Positions 44,804-59,575 of a stretch of DNA of 64,000 nucleotides are shown here, piece by piece. The notes under the pieces were generated by a model. That model made no database searches. It worked only from the letters and a program-made list of their open reading frames with translations, and had not been told where the DNA came from. Position 1 is the first letter of the stretch. Every line of letters begins with the position of its first letter. Origin of the DNA: the human T2T-CHM13v2.0 reference genome, Homo sapiens; NCBI RefSeq assembly GCF_009914755.1, contig NC_060947.1; one strand, given 5' to 3'. The position numbers were made by a program, and so were the translations under genes.

Positions 44804-45479
44804 CAAGGTCACACCTCAAGGAACTAGAGACATCAGAACAAATCAAGCCCGAACCCAGCAGCAGAAAAGAAATAACCAAGATCAGAGGAGAACTCAATGA
44901 AATTGAAACAACAACAACAAAATACAAGAGATAAATAAAGCAAAAAGCTGATTCTATAAAAAGATACATAAAATTAGTAGACCATTAGCAACATTAACCA
45001 AGAAAAGGAGAAGATCCAAATAAGCTCGATTAGAAACAGAATGGGAGATATTACAACTGATACCATAAAAATACAAAGGATCATTCAAGGCTACTATGAA
45101 CACCTTTATGTGCATAAACTAGAAAACCTAGAGGAGATGGATAAATTCCTGGAAATATACAATCCTTCTAGATTAAGCCAGGAAGAAATAGAAACTCTAA
45201 GTATACCAATAACAAAGAGCAAGATGGAAATGATAATTAAAAATGCTAACAAAAACAAGTCCAGGACCAGACAGATTCACAGCTGAATTCTATCAGACAT
45301 TCAAAGAAGAATATCTACCAATCCTATTAACACTATTCCAGAGGATAGAGAAAGAGGGAATCCTCCCTAAATCATTCTGTGAAGCCAGTATCACCCTAAT
45401 ATCATAACCAGGAAAGGACAAAACAAAAAAGGAAACTACAGATGAATATAGATGGAAGATTCTCAACAAAAATTAGCTA

Positions 45480-45835
<356 letters not shown>

Positions 45836-47896
45836 AAAGATAATCCATTATGATGAAGCAGGTTTTATACCAGGGATGCAGGGATGGCAGGAATGGTTTA
45901 ACACAGGCAAGTCACTAAATGTGATACACCACATAAACAGAATTAAAAACAAAAATCACAAGATCATCTCAATAGATGTGGAAAAAGCATTTGAAAAAAT
46001 CCACCGTCTCTTTAAGATTAAAACCCTCAATACACTCAATACAATTGGAATCAAACGAACATATCTTAATGATAATAAAAACCATCTATGACAAAACCAC
46101 AGCCAACATTATACTGAATGGGGAAAAGTTTAAAGCATTCTCTTTGAGAACTGGAATAAGACAAGGATGTCCACTTTTACCACCTCCATTCAACATAGTA
46201 CTGGAAGTCCCAGCCAAAGCAATCAGATAAGAGAAAGAAATAAAAGACATCCAAATCTGTAAAGATAAAATCAAAATGTCACTGTTTGCCGAGGACATGA
46301 TTATATACCTCGAAACCCCTAAGACATCCGAAAATCTCCTAGAACTGGTAAATGAATTCAGCAAAGTTTTAGGATACACAGTTAATGTGCACAAATCAGT
46401 AGCTCTGCTATATGCCAACAGTGACCAAGCTGAGAATCAAATCAAGAACTCAACCACTTTTACAATAGCTCCAAAAAAAAAAAAAAAAAAAAACTGGGAA
46501 TATACCAAACCAAAGAGGTAAAAGACCTCTACAAGGAAAACTACAAAAGACTTCTGAAATAAATCACAGATGACACAAACAAATGGAAAAACATCTCATG
46601 CTCATGGATGGGTAGACTCAATATTGTGAAAATGATCATACTGCCAAAAACAATCTAATAATTCAATGAAATTCCCCTCAAAATATCACCATCATTCTTC
46701 ACAGAACACAGAAAACAATCCTAATGGAGGATTATTTTCATATGCAACCAAAAAATATCCCACATAGACAAAACAAGACTAAGCAACAAGAACAAATCTG
46801 GAGGCATCACATCATCTGACTTCAAACTATACTATAAGGCCATAGTCACCAAAATAGCATGGTACTGGTATAAAAATAAGCATATAGAACAATAGAACAG
46901 AATAGAGAACCCATGAATAAAGCCAACTACTTACAGGTGACTGATCTTCAACAAAGCAACAAAAATATAAAGTTGGGAAAGGACACCCTATTCAACAAAT
47001 TGTGCTGGGATAATTGGCAAGCCAAGTGTTGAAGAATAAAACTGGATCTTTATTTCTCACCTAATAAAAAAATCAACTTAAGATGGATCAAGGACTTAAA
47101 GACCTGAAAACATAAAAATTCTAGAAGATAATATCGGAAAAGCCTTTCTAGACATTGGCTTAGGCAAACACTTCATGACCAAGAACCCAAAAGCAAATGC
47201 AACAAAAACAAAGACAAATGGATGACAATTAATTAAACTAAAAAGCTTCTGCACAGCAAAAGAAACAGTCAGCAGAGTAAACAGACAACCCACAGAGTGG
47301 GAGAAAATCTTCACAAACTATACATCTAGCAAAGGACTAATATCCAGAATCTACAAGGAACTCAGACAAATCAGCAAGAACAGGAAAAAAAACAAGAAAA
47401 CAAACAAAAAAAAACCAATCACATCAATAAGTAGCTAAGGACATGAATAGACAATTCTAAAAAGAAGATATACAAATGGCCAACAAACACATGAAAAAAT
47501 TCTCAACATCACTAATGGTCAGCTAAATGCAAATCAAAAGCACAATGTGATACCACCTTACTTCTTCGAGAATGGCCATAACCAAAAAATGAAAAATAAT
47601 AATAATAGATGTTGGCATGCATGTGGTCAAAAGGGAACACTTTTCAACCATTGGTGGGATTGTTACCTAGTATAACCACTATCTAAAACAGTGTGGGGAG
47701 TTCTTAAAGAACTAAAAGTAGAACTACCATCTGATCCAGCAATCCCACTACTGGGTATCTACCCAGAGGAAAATAAGTCATTATACGAAAAGGATACTTG
47801 CACATGCATAGTATTTATAGTAGCACAATTCACAATTACAAAAAAATTTGCAGCTCAAATGCCCATCAATTAACAAGTGTATAAACAAAATGTAGT

Positions 47897-47898
47897 AT

Positions 47899-47941
<43 letters not shown>

Positions 47942-47945
47942 TAGA
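47897..47945 (+). repeat. (TAGA)n microsatellite within the L1PB
   Basis: Directly visible. Confidence 0.95.
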
Positions 47946-48051
47946 TATATACACACATGTATATCATGGAATACTACTCAGCCATAGAAAGGAATGAAAT
48001 AATGGCATTTGTAGCAACTTGAATGAAATTAGGGACCATTATTCTAAGTGA

Positions 48052-48430
<379 letters not shown>

Positions 48431-48597
48431 TGACACAAAAGCTTAAGAATGATACTATTGGCTTTGGGGACTCAAGAAAAAGGCTAGGGGTGGAGTGAGG
48501 GATAAAAGACTACACATTGGATATAGTGTACATTGCTCAGGTGATGGGTGCACCAAAGTCTCACAAATCACCACTAAAGAACTTATTCAGGTTAAAA

Positions 48598-48634
<37 letters not shown>

Positions 48635-50226
48635 ACTGTTAATAACCTAGAGAAAATGAAAATGACAAATCAATATCTGTTATCAATAGAAAGACAAAAG
48701 TCATTAACAAAATACTAGTATACCCAAGCCAGAAATATATAAAAAGGATTATACACCATGAACAAGTAAGATTTATTTTAAATTTAAATGTCTCTTTAAA
48801 GTTCCAAAATTATTAATGTAATGCACCATATCAACAGAGTAAAGTATCAAAACAACATGTCATATCAATAGACTCACAATACACATTTTACAAATCTCAA
48901 CAATACTTAGTGATAAAAAAATACTCAACAAACTAGTAATAGAAGGTAATTTCTTTAACCTGATAAAGCTCCTTATTAAAAATCTGCAACAAAAAATCAT
49001 ACTTAGTGATAACAGATTGAATGCCATCCCTCTAAAATCAGAAGTAAGGCAAGATTGTCCATTCTTTCCACCTCTGTTCAACATTTCACTGGAGGTTCTG
49101 TAGGGCAGTTAGATGAGCAAATAAAATAAAGGGCATCCAGATTGGAAAGAAAGAATTTAAAGTGTTTCTATTTGCAGATGACATTATCTTATGTAAAGGG
49201 AATTCTAAGTAATCTACTAAAAATTATTAGAACTAATAAACAACTTTATCAAGGTTGATGGATATGAGATTTATAGCAAGGAATACTAGAAAATGAAATT
49301 AAAAAAAAACAATTCTTTAATACTAGAATGAAAAATAAAATACCTAGGAGTAAATGTAATAAAAGAAGTGCAAAACTTATTCTGTGAAAACTACAAAAAA
49401 TAAATTAAGAAAGATCTAAATAAATGGAAATAACTCAAGTTAATGTGAGAAACTTAATGCTATTAAAATGGTAACATTTCCCCAAATTATCTTCAGATTC
49501 AATGCAACCCATATCACAGTTCTTACTGCATTCTTTTCAGAAATTTACAATCTGATCATAAAATTCATATGGAAGTGCAAGGAACATAAGGTAGCAAAAG
49601 CGATATTGATAAAAAGCAGAACAAATTTTGAGGACTCACATGTTATGATTTCAAAACTTACAACAAAGCTACATTAATCAAAAGAGTGTGGTACCTTCAT
49701 AAGTAAAGAGACATAGATCAATGGAATAGAATGAAATAACCAGAAATGAAGACTCACGTCCATGAGGAATTGATTTTGAACATGAGTGAAAATTCAATGC
49801 AGAAAGAATTATCTTTTCAACCAAGGCTGCTGGTACAACTGGTTATCCATATGCAAAATAAAGAACTGGGACTCATACTTCAAACCATATGCAAAAATTT
49901 CCTAAAAATGGATGAAACATGTAAATATAAGGTTTAAAGCTATACAACTCTAGGGTAACAACATAGGTGTAAATCTTCCAGATCTTCGACTATGCGTTTC
50001 TTACATATGACACAAAAAGCACAAGTAACAAAAGAAAATGTAGATATATATGACATCATCAAAATTAAATATTTTATGCTTCAGAGTCCACTATTAAGAA
50101 AATGAAAAGATAATCCAAAAGTGGGAGAAAAATTTTGCAGATCATATATCTGAAAAGGTAATTAACAGATATTTCTCTAAAGAAAATATACAAATGGCCA
50201 GTAAGCACATAAATCACGTTCAACCA

Positions 50227-50601
50227 TGTGGCACATACACACCATGGAATACTATGCAACCATAAAAAAGGTTGAGTTCACGTCCTTTGCAGGGACATGG
50301 ATGAAGCTGGAAACCATAATTCTCAGCAAACTAACGCAAGAACAGAAAACCAAACACCACATGTTCTCACTCATAAGTGGAGTTGAATAATGAGAACACA
50401 TGGACACAGGGAGGGGAACATCACACACTGGGGCCTGTCAGGGAGTGGGGGGCTGGGGGAGCGATAGCATTAGGAGAAGTACCTAATGTAGATGACGGGT
50501 TGATAGGTGCAGCAAACCACCATGGCACATGTATACCTATGTAACAAACCTGCATGTTCTGCACATGTACCCCAGAACTTAAAGTATAATAATAAAAAAA
50601 A
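50227..50601 (+). mobile_element. L1PA7/8-like 3' stub
   Basis: ATGTGGCACATACACACCATGG..GTAGATGACGGGTTGATAGGTGCAGCAAACCACCATGG..CCCCAGAACTTAAAGTATAAT. Confidence 0.88.
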
Positions 50602-51725
50602 AGATTTAAATATAAGATCTCAAGTTATAAAAATTCAAGAAGAAAACCTAGGAAATACCCTTCTCAACATTGACCTTGGCAAATAATTTTTGTCTAAGTC
50701 CTTAAAAGCCATTGCAACAAAAAACAAAAATTGGCAAGTGGGACCTAAAGAAATGAAAGAGCTTCTGCACAGCAAAAGAAACCATCAACAGAGTAAACAG
50801 ACAGCCTACAGAGGGGTTGCAAAATATTCTCAATCTATGCATCTGACAATGGTCTAATATCCAGAATCTATAAATAACTTACATCAACAAGCAAGAACCA
50901 AATAACTCCATTAAAAATGGGCAAAGGATATGAACAGATACTTCTCAAAAGAAGACATACAAGCAGCCAACAAATATATGAAAAAATGTTCATCATCACT
51001 AATCATCAAAGAAATGCAAATCAAAACCACAATGAGATGCCATTTCACACCAGTTAGAATGGCTGCTATTAAAAAGTAAAAAACAACAGATGCTGGTGAG
51101 GCTGTGGAGAAAAGAGAGTGCTTATACACTGTTGATGAGAATGTAAACTAGTTCAGCCACTGGGGAAAGCAGTTTGGAGATTTCTCAAAGAACTTAAAAT
51201 AGAGCTATCACTTGACCCGGCAGTCCCATTATTGGGTATCTACCCATAGGAAAATAGATCATTATACCAAAAAGACACCTGCACCTGTATGTTCATCACA
51301 GTACTATTCACAATAGCAGAGACATGGAAACAATGTAGGTGCCCATCAGTGGTATATTGGATAAAGAAAATGTGGTGCATATACACCATGGAATACTATA
51401 CAGCCATAAAAAGAATGAAACTTGTCCTTTGCAGCAACATGGATGCAGCTGGAAGCTGTAATCCTAAACGAATTCAAGCTGGAACATAAAACCAAATACC
51501 CATGACCTCACTTATAAGTGAAAGCTAAACATTGAGCACACATGGACATAAATATGGGGACAACAGACACTGTGGACTACTAGAGGGAGGATGGAAGGAG
51601 CAGGATGTGGGTTGAAAAACTACCTATAGGGTACTATGCTCACTAACTGGGTGCAATATGCCCAAGTAACAAATTGGCACATGTACCCCTGTATCTAAAA
51701 TAACAGTTGATTTTTTTAAAAAAGG
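50602..51725 (+). mobile_element. L1PA17/L1PB4-like 3' portion
   Basis: ORF2 end plus 3'UTR ..CTGGGTGCAATATGCCCAAGTAAC..CCCTGTATCTAAAATAACAGTTG. Confidence 0.8.
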
Positions 51726-51943
51726 ATATATATAATCTCATATATAAAAAAATCCATAATTGGCTATCAGGAAAATGCACATCAAAACCACAATGGAATG
51801 CAACCTCACACCTGCTAAGGTGGATTTAATCAAAACACAGATAACATATATTGATAACAATACGGTGAAATTTCTGGCAGGAATGTAGATGATAAAGCCA
51901 CTTTGAAAAAGATCTGGCATTTCCTAAAAATACTGAACAAAAT

Positions 51944-52052
51944 TTCCATATGACCCAGCAATTCGGTATGACTTGCAATTCCATATGACTATCATATTCC
52001 ATATGACTGTCATATTCGATATGACAGCAATTCCATATGACCCAGCAATTCG
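51944..52052 (+). repeat. Degenerate 16-18 bp tandem repeat (6 units) derived from L1 sequence
   Basis: TTCCATATGACCCAGCAA variants; first and last 22 bp are identical. Confidence 0.9.
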
Positions 52053-55000
52053 ACCCAACAGAAATGGAAAACATGCCTCCAAACAAAACTTGTCCATGAA
52101 TGCCTGCAGCATTATTCATAATAGTCAAAGAGGAAACACCCTAAATGTCCATCAACTAATAAATGGATGAACAAGTTGTGGTATATCTACATCATGTTGG
52201 ATATACAGGCATTAAAAGGAATAAAATATAGATACATGCTACAGCATAGATGAACCTCAAAAATATGATACTAACTGAAAGAAGACAGTCACGAATTACC
52301 ACGTATTGTATAATTCCATTTATACAACATGTCCAAAGTAGGCAACCTTATAAGACAGACATTAGATTAATACTTGGCTAGGTGTTGAGAGAATAGGGGA
52401 ATGAAGTCAAAGGCTAAGGGGTGGGGAATTTCTTTTTTGGGTGGTTAAAATGTTCTAAAATCAATTGTAATGGTTGTTCAACTCCATGAATATACTAAAA
52501 GTCAATTAATTGTGTACTTTACATATGTGAATTTTTATGGCATGTGAATTTTTTTAAAGAAAATGCTGTTTTCCACTCCTTTTATTACTAATATTAAAAA
52601 TGTTACAAAGAAGAGAAACTCATTCTCAGTTCTCCAACAGCTCTCATCCCCCTCTCTTGTACATACAACTCCTGGCCCATTTCCTCAGAGCCAGTTCAAT
52701 ACTGATCCTGTTCATTGGCATTTTCACAGAAAACTATCAGTGCCAGGGATGTAGGGGAGGAGTGTTGGAAGATGGTAACAGTACTGTCCCAGGTTCCACC
52801 CAAAGATAGGCCTGGTGGAGTTTCACAGAATTCAAATGAAAGGGCTGGTGACCTCACAATGACATAATTTAACTAAAATGGGCTGAAGAAGAGATAGGTA
52901 GGTTAAAGCCATCAGAGGTTTCATAAGACATTTTACAGGCCTGGGTCAGACCCAGAATAACCAACACCAAGAGAAGAATGAAGAGAACCAGGGAGACAGT
53001 CTTATGGAAAGTTCATAATTCTCCATGTTGGGAGGTGGAAAAGTCTAGAGTGTACCAAGTACCTCACTCATTTTGGCAGAAAAACTTATTCTAGTGTTGG
53101 GAAGTCACAAAAATACCACAGACACTGAGAAAAGCTGCAAGGGCATGAACAGTTTCACAAAGTGCAGTGATCACAGACCATAGTGGTGGGGATCATACCA
53201 CTGACAGAGAAACTATGAAATCCAAAAGTAGCATGTGCATTTTTAATAAATGTTTTTAAAAAATCTGTTCCCTGTAAAAGTGTCTTGTGGTTCTCATCAT
53301 AATATTCTTATCCTAACTAAAAGGGCTTCCAAACTTTATTACAAATCATTGTGCAGAAGACAAGTTAATTATAGTGAAGTAGAATAAATAGAGAATAAAT
53401 AAATAAATATTTGACACCATTCTGATTAGTGTGAATATTTACATTAACTTCCATGAAGCAGAACACAATACCAGCTTTTTGTAGTTGGTGGCCAGATCAT
53501 TCTGTTATGACCCAAGCCTCTTCCTTTTCCTGACTTCTGTTGTTTTAGTCTGGAAAACACTTTGACTATACCTCTATGCTTTCATGTATTAATCATATAT
53601 GGTTTTTGCTCTGTGTCTGTTTCCTTTTCTCAATGTCATCAGCATATCGTCTTGCCTGGGGGATTAGTTATCTCTGAAGTATAATTTTTGTTCCATTTTA
53701 ATAATATCCTTAGTAGCCATGCATTCTGCATTCATCATGAAGTAACACACAAGTTTCTTATAAATTGGAATTTAAATGGATTCCAGCACACTTCACTATT
53801 TTTAAAGCAAGTCTTACAGGTCACAGCTAGGTTTTTAGAGGATTACTTTTAGATACATCTTTAAATAAAATCAAAACCAAAATTGTTGCATCTGTGAGAT
53901 ATATATATATATATATGTATGTAAGATACTCAAAAAAGGTGTTTCCTTTTTGTCTGTTTTTGAGAAGGTACAAGAAAGCATTTATAAATGACTGCCAAAA
54001 TTTTAACTTCCATAAAATCTTTAATTAATATCACACTGATGTTCTTCTGATTTAACCTTTATGAAAAAATTTTCCCTATTGGCAGATTATACTTTCTACC
54101 TGTAGATCTCTACAGATATAACATCAGAGCCAAAGCTTTATTTAACCCCAAACCTTTAACAAATAAAACTGTTAAATAACCCTACCAGTCAGTCAAAAGT
54201 GAAAACCATTAAAACGTTTATATTTATGTAAATATAAAAGATAGAACACTTACTTCCATTATAAAAATAGCTTGCAAGAATGAAGGATACCAAGGATTCA
54301 AATTAAAATATATTTAGTGATATGGTTGTCGATACAACCAAAGTGGAATTGTCATGAAACATAATACCCTTAAGGAGCTCCTGACTTCTGTTCATGGTTT
54401 ATGGTTACTGTTCATAAACAGCAACAGTTTATTCTTACAAGGATAAATTCAACAACAAAGACAAAAACAAATCAACTTCAAACAGTCAAATTTAAATCTA
54501 ACTACCTTAAAATAATTTCTAAGATGCGTTATTGTTCATTTTTGAAGATCTGTTGTCTTGACTTCCAAGCCTTTCAATGTACAACATAATATGGTTACTA
54601 GCTACAGTGGTATAAAAGTCTTGTAATAATGGAATTACGTGATGCCAATTAGTTTGGAACCCCACTGTACTGTTTGGTCAAATAATGTTGAGGTTCTAGA
54701 AAAAAAAAGAGGGGATATAGAGGATGATCTAAGGCCTAATAGGAAATAATTCTTAACCAATACTTGCAATATTCAGCAAACATATATTTAATATTTTATT
54801 TAAAATTAAGAATAGAATCTAACATCATAATTCATTTCTTACTGTAAATTAGTCAATAAAACATAAAGTTCCTTTAACTAAATATGAATATAAGTTCAAA
54901 TTTTCATAAGGAAAATCTAGTGACACAATAAGAGCAAATAATAAACAGCATAATTATTTTATATTTTAGCTGAATTCATCTAAGCTTCCGAATTAATTCC

Positions 55001-55099
55001 ATGGACCCATTATATTATATTTAAATCTTATGCTGATTAGAAAATGACCAGATATTAACCCCTCATTACAGAAACTGCTTGCAAATGTTTTCCTCTATT

Positions 55100-55860
55100 A
55101 TTAAGGGTTAATATCCAAAATATATAAGAACTTCCTACAACAAACAAAATAACCTGATTAAAAATGGGAAAAGGACTTGAATAAACATTTCCACAAAGAA
55201 GACATGCCAATGGTCACTAGGTATGCAAAAAATGTGCTCAACATCATTAATCATTAGGGAAATGCAGATCGAAGCCACAGTGAGATATCACCTCACAGCA
55301 GTTAATATGTCTATTATTTTAAAAAGGAAATAAAACAAGTGCTGGAGAGGATGTGGAGAGATTTGAAATCTTACACACTGTTGGTGAGAATGTACAATGG
55401 AAAACAGTATGATGGTACCTCAAGAAACTAAAAATAGAACTAACATATGATTCAGCAATCCAACTTCTGCATATATATTCAAAAAATTAAAATTAGGATC
55501 TCAAAGAGATATCTGTACTCCATATTTATTGCAGCATTATTCACAATAGGCAAAATATAAACACAACCCAAATATTAACTGCCAGATGAATAGATAAAGA
55601 AAATGCAGTATGTACATAAAAGGTAATATTATTTGGCCTTAAAAATTAAGGTAACTCTGCTATTAGAAAAAACATGAATGCATCTGAAGGACATTATGCT
55701 AAATGAAATAAGCCAGTCACTAAAGGACAAATATTTCGTAATTCATTGCCTATGAGGTATCTCAAATAGACTCATAGAATAGTGATTGCCATGGACTGGG
55801 ATGAGGAGGAAATGGGGAATCGTCGCTCAATGCCTACAAAGTTTCAGTTACGCAAGAGGA
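55100..55860 (+). mobile_element. L1MB 3' fragment
   Basis: TAAGGGTTAATATCCAAAATATATAAGAAC..GGATCTCAAAGAGATATCTGTACTCC..AAGCCAGTCAC..AAAGTTTCAGTTACGCAAG. Confidence 0.82.
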
Positions 55861-55959
55861 ATATTAATTGAACACTTTATTAATTTATGTCTTCACCATT
55901 CAAAAATAATATGAAGATTAATAACATAATAATGATTAAAATGTTTACCTAATTATTAA

Positions 55960-56300
55960 TTCCTTCATTGATTAACATTCAGGTAGTGAGGCACAAATAT
56001 TTATCGAGAGCCTACAATATGCTAGGTGCTATATTAGATGCTAGAGTTACAAAGATAAAGATGATGAATAAGAATCTTAACTTTTGGGGAACTTTTAATC
56101 TAATGGGGCACAGAGATTAATATGAAAGCACAATAGAGTATAAGCGATGAATGAAATATAAAGTATATTTGAAGTATTGAATTGATGCACCAGAGCTAGT
56201 TTTTGGGGCTTTCTAAAAAAATGAATCTTCTGGATTTAATCCTGAAGGAAGAAGGTATGAAGAGTGAAAACAATGTATATAAAAGACCAAAGAGGGGAAA
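55960..56300 (-). mobile_element. L2 3' fragment
   Basis: TTCCTTCATTGATT..CAAATATTTATCGAGAGCCTACAATATGCTAGGTGCTATATTAGATGCTAGAG, the antisense L2 tail pattern. Confidence 0.65.
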
Positions 56301-58647
56301 ATATGGTCAATATTTAGTAGCAAATATGTTCTGAATGGCTGGAGATTACAGAATGGGCATGAAACTATTCTCAATATTTGTGTCCATTTTAAATTACTGA
56401 TATCATGTGGATTCACTGACTCTAATAATGATGGGGGCAATTATATTTTTATGCAAATGCCATATTTTAAAGAGTTGAATTAGAAGAATCAGGTAGGCTA
56501 TTCAGTAATACAATCAGTTCATCAAAGTGTATTATTTATAAAACCTAGAAATTATAGATTAGGTAAAAGTTTAAAGCATTCTTACTAAATGCGCCAGGCT
56601 CTTCAGGATGCCTTAAAAGTTACTGCATCTTCGTACATATTAATACAATTAAGTTATTAACTCTTCCCAAAATTAAGTTGGTAATTTAGTCAGAAATATT
56701 CAGTCTTGAAGGTAAGAAATTACTTGAAGTAACTTTATAACCTAAAAAATGTTCACAAAACTGGTTGTTTAGAGTGAAGATAATCTGAAGACTCCTACCA
56801 TACAAAAGCAAAACATGAGTATAATACAATTACCTGCTTATTGCTAATGTGTTTTCTGCGTAAAAAGTTTTTGCACCTTTACCTCTACTCATAAGATAAT
56901 TATCCAATTGTAGACAAAAAATGTAAGCCAATAATATTTTTTAGTGTCTGAATGGCTGACTGAAGAAAAACAGTATCTTTTCAAAAGAATTGGACACAAC
57001 AGAACCAGGTTGGTATCTGCCTAAATACTAAATGAAAAAATGAAAATGATCCTCTTAAGTTGATTTTGCTATCTGAAATTGTCAGCATTACAATTACACC
57101 TCCAGATTCAGCTATTCCCCCCAGAAAGTACCTGTTACGGCACACAAGATACCAGGGAGGGATAATTTACTAATGCAACAATTAGCTGTCAGATTTTCTA
57201 ACTCTCACTAGTAAACAGCAAGACACTAACCAATGAATTTCCTAGGAAATTGAATACCGGTTAATTAAATCGGATATGGAAAGAAGGGTAGATATAACAT
57301 TATTTCTAAAACAAAAAAAGTATTGTAATAGTTTAATCTTGGTCCAATTGACATATTGTGTGAAGTTTGCTTATTTTTCATGAACTCTTTCAGTTATATG
57401 ACTTTGTAACCACAAAATCATAAATATGTTCAAAATATTTTTTTCATTCTCTCCTAAGCCTTATGTCTTTTCTCCTAACATAAACTTACAGATAAACTCA
57501 TCCAAACTAATGCTTATTATTTATACTCCTGGAATTTCTTAGGTATGGTACTTGAGCAAAAAAAAGTATGCCAGATAGGGCACTATCTTCTTGAACTTAA
57601 AAACAATTTAAAAGTCATTAGGAATAATTGTATGAAAAATGAATGTTGTATAACAAGTGTATCACAATCAGTTGTAGGTGGTTACACATATTGTTTATGG
57701 AATGACAGTCAAATTCTGCTTCATAGTTTTGTCATTTAGTATGCCACACAATATAAGACAATAAAAATAAAATATACACGTATTGTTTATTTTTAGTGCA
57801 AAATCAATGCATAATCAAAGTTTTCCACAACTAAGATGTTTCAAGAACACACATAAACTAGCTTTGAAGATAAGAGGTCGGAAATTAAAAGTGGAAATTG
57901 AGAATAGTTATTTCCAAGGGGAAAAATACATGGACACTCTTTTGAGCAACAACTTGCAATTGCAATTTTTTTTCCAGCTCTGAATTGTTTTATTTATTTT
58001 TTATCCTCTCATTTGAATATAATTATATTAAGATATCTGTGACTAAGATTTCTAAATGGCAAAGCTGGGGCACCTCTCTCTCTCTCTCTCTGTATGTGTG
58101 TATGATTATATAAACATCTATTAAAGCTGATGGTTAAAGAGACAATTTGAAAAAAAGTCACATATACATCCAGCTGTTGCCAGTAAAGGCATCTATTAAG
58201 AATGTTTTTATAACTACAAAGGTTTGTGAAATCTTTTAATATTTTTCAAATAACAAATTACAGTTATTATATCATTATTCAAAGTGATTACTTGTACTTA
58301 TTAAGTGGGAACATAAATACTAAGAGAAATGATGTTTAGCAACATATATAGGACTACTTTTGTAATCTCCATATAAAAGTATTTGTTATTTTTTGAAATG
58401 ATTTGGGAAAGTACCTTAAAACCATGGTAATATAATTTGCAAATGCTCCTTTGCTATAAAGGCCAGACAATATTGGCTAACACCTAGTTATTACGATGTG
58501 CTGGATATTGGATATATCTAATATGACAATATTTAATATAAATAGAAAAAAAACAAGCACACAAATCATATCTGGAGAAATGTGGCTTAATGACACAATT
58601 TTATGTATGAATATATTTTTATATATGCATATATATGCCAATTATTC

Positions 58648-58756
58648 TTTTTTAAAAAAATTAATTTTAGGTTCTGGGACACATGTGTAGGATATGCAGG
58701 TTTGTTACATAGGCAAACATGTGCCATCGTGGTTTGCTGCACCTATCAACCCATCA
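58648..58756 (-). mobile_element. Short L1PA 3' stub
   Basis: TTTTAGGTTCTGGGACACATGTGTAGGATATGCAGGTTTGTTACATAGG..GGTTTGCTGCACCTATCAACCCATCA. Confidence 0.85.
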
Positions 58757-59129
58757 AAACTGTCCTCCAGTACAATTGAAGTCAATAGAATAACCTGGTT
58801 TCCAAAAAGCTTATGTAATATTAGCCTCTAGTGATGAAGTTAAAGAAGCGATAACACTAGCCATTTTACCTGGGCAGGTCATACTTATTTATTAGGGCAG
58901 GTACCAAGCCTCATTAGATATTTTATTCTTTGAACATAATACAGTGTTTAGCACATAAGAGATGCCCAATAACTTACAAGTAAATTGTTGAAAAAAGATT
59001 ATTTGATATGAGAAATGATAAAAGAAAATATAGAGACAATTTAGTGAGAGAAGGCAGGGAAATAGGCCTATTCATGGTGACAAATAAATTTAGTTGTATT
59101 CCAATATGCATTATTATTTTTTTCTGAGA

Positions 59130-59575
59130 AATACAAATGCCACTTTCATCTGGACACATAACATCCCAAAATGAAGACCATATTTCTGTGCTTCCCTTAC
59201 AGGCAAGCAGTCATATGAATAGATTTTTGAAAATGTGATTGATCAGAATTGTATTTATAACTTCTGGGAATTTTCACAAAAGTACAGGGGTGACCTTCTC
59301 TTTTTCTTTTTACAGATGGTTGGTACAGATGGCTTTATACTGACCTGGTAAATGAAGCTGGAACAGCCACTTTTCACCCCAAAGTAGAATCCATGTCCTG
59401 GAATTGCACTAAAACCATCTAGAAGGAGCCTTTATACCTATAAATCAAAGAATTGCTGTACCATCCCTGAATGAATATCTCTGGATTTTGTTTATATGAG
59501 ACAAAGTTATTTTATCTTATTTGAAATAAGGTTTGTTTGGGTTTTCTGTTACAAGAGCTGAATTATATCAAGGCA
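59130..59575 (+). mobile_element. Old ERVL LTR (LTR33/LTR16-like)
   Basis: GCTGGAACAGCCAC..AGAAGGAGCCT..CTCTGGATTTTG..TGAGACAAA..TTGGGTTTTCTGTTAC; heavily diverged. Confidence 0.5.

Noticed and set aside
51944-52052. CRISPR-like array
   Set aside because: No unique spacers, units too short and degenerate, no cas genes, mammalian L1-derived context.
54248-54370. Minus-strand exon ending at a strong GAA|GTAAGT donor
   Set aside because: All three frames contain stops and there is no convincing acceptor.
56830-56870. 22-nt minus-strand microexon (TTTTTACGCAG..CAG|GTAATT)
   Set aside because: Frame-shifting length and no supporting neighbouring exons; expected by chance in AT-rich DNA.
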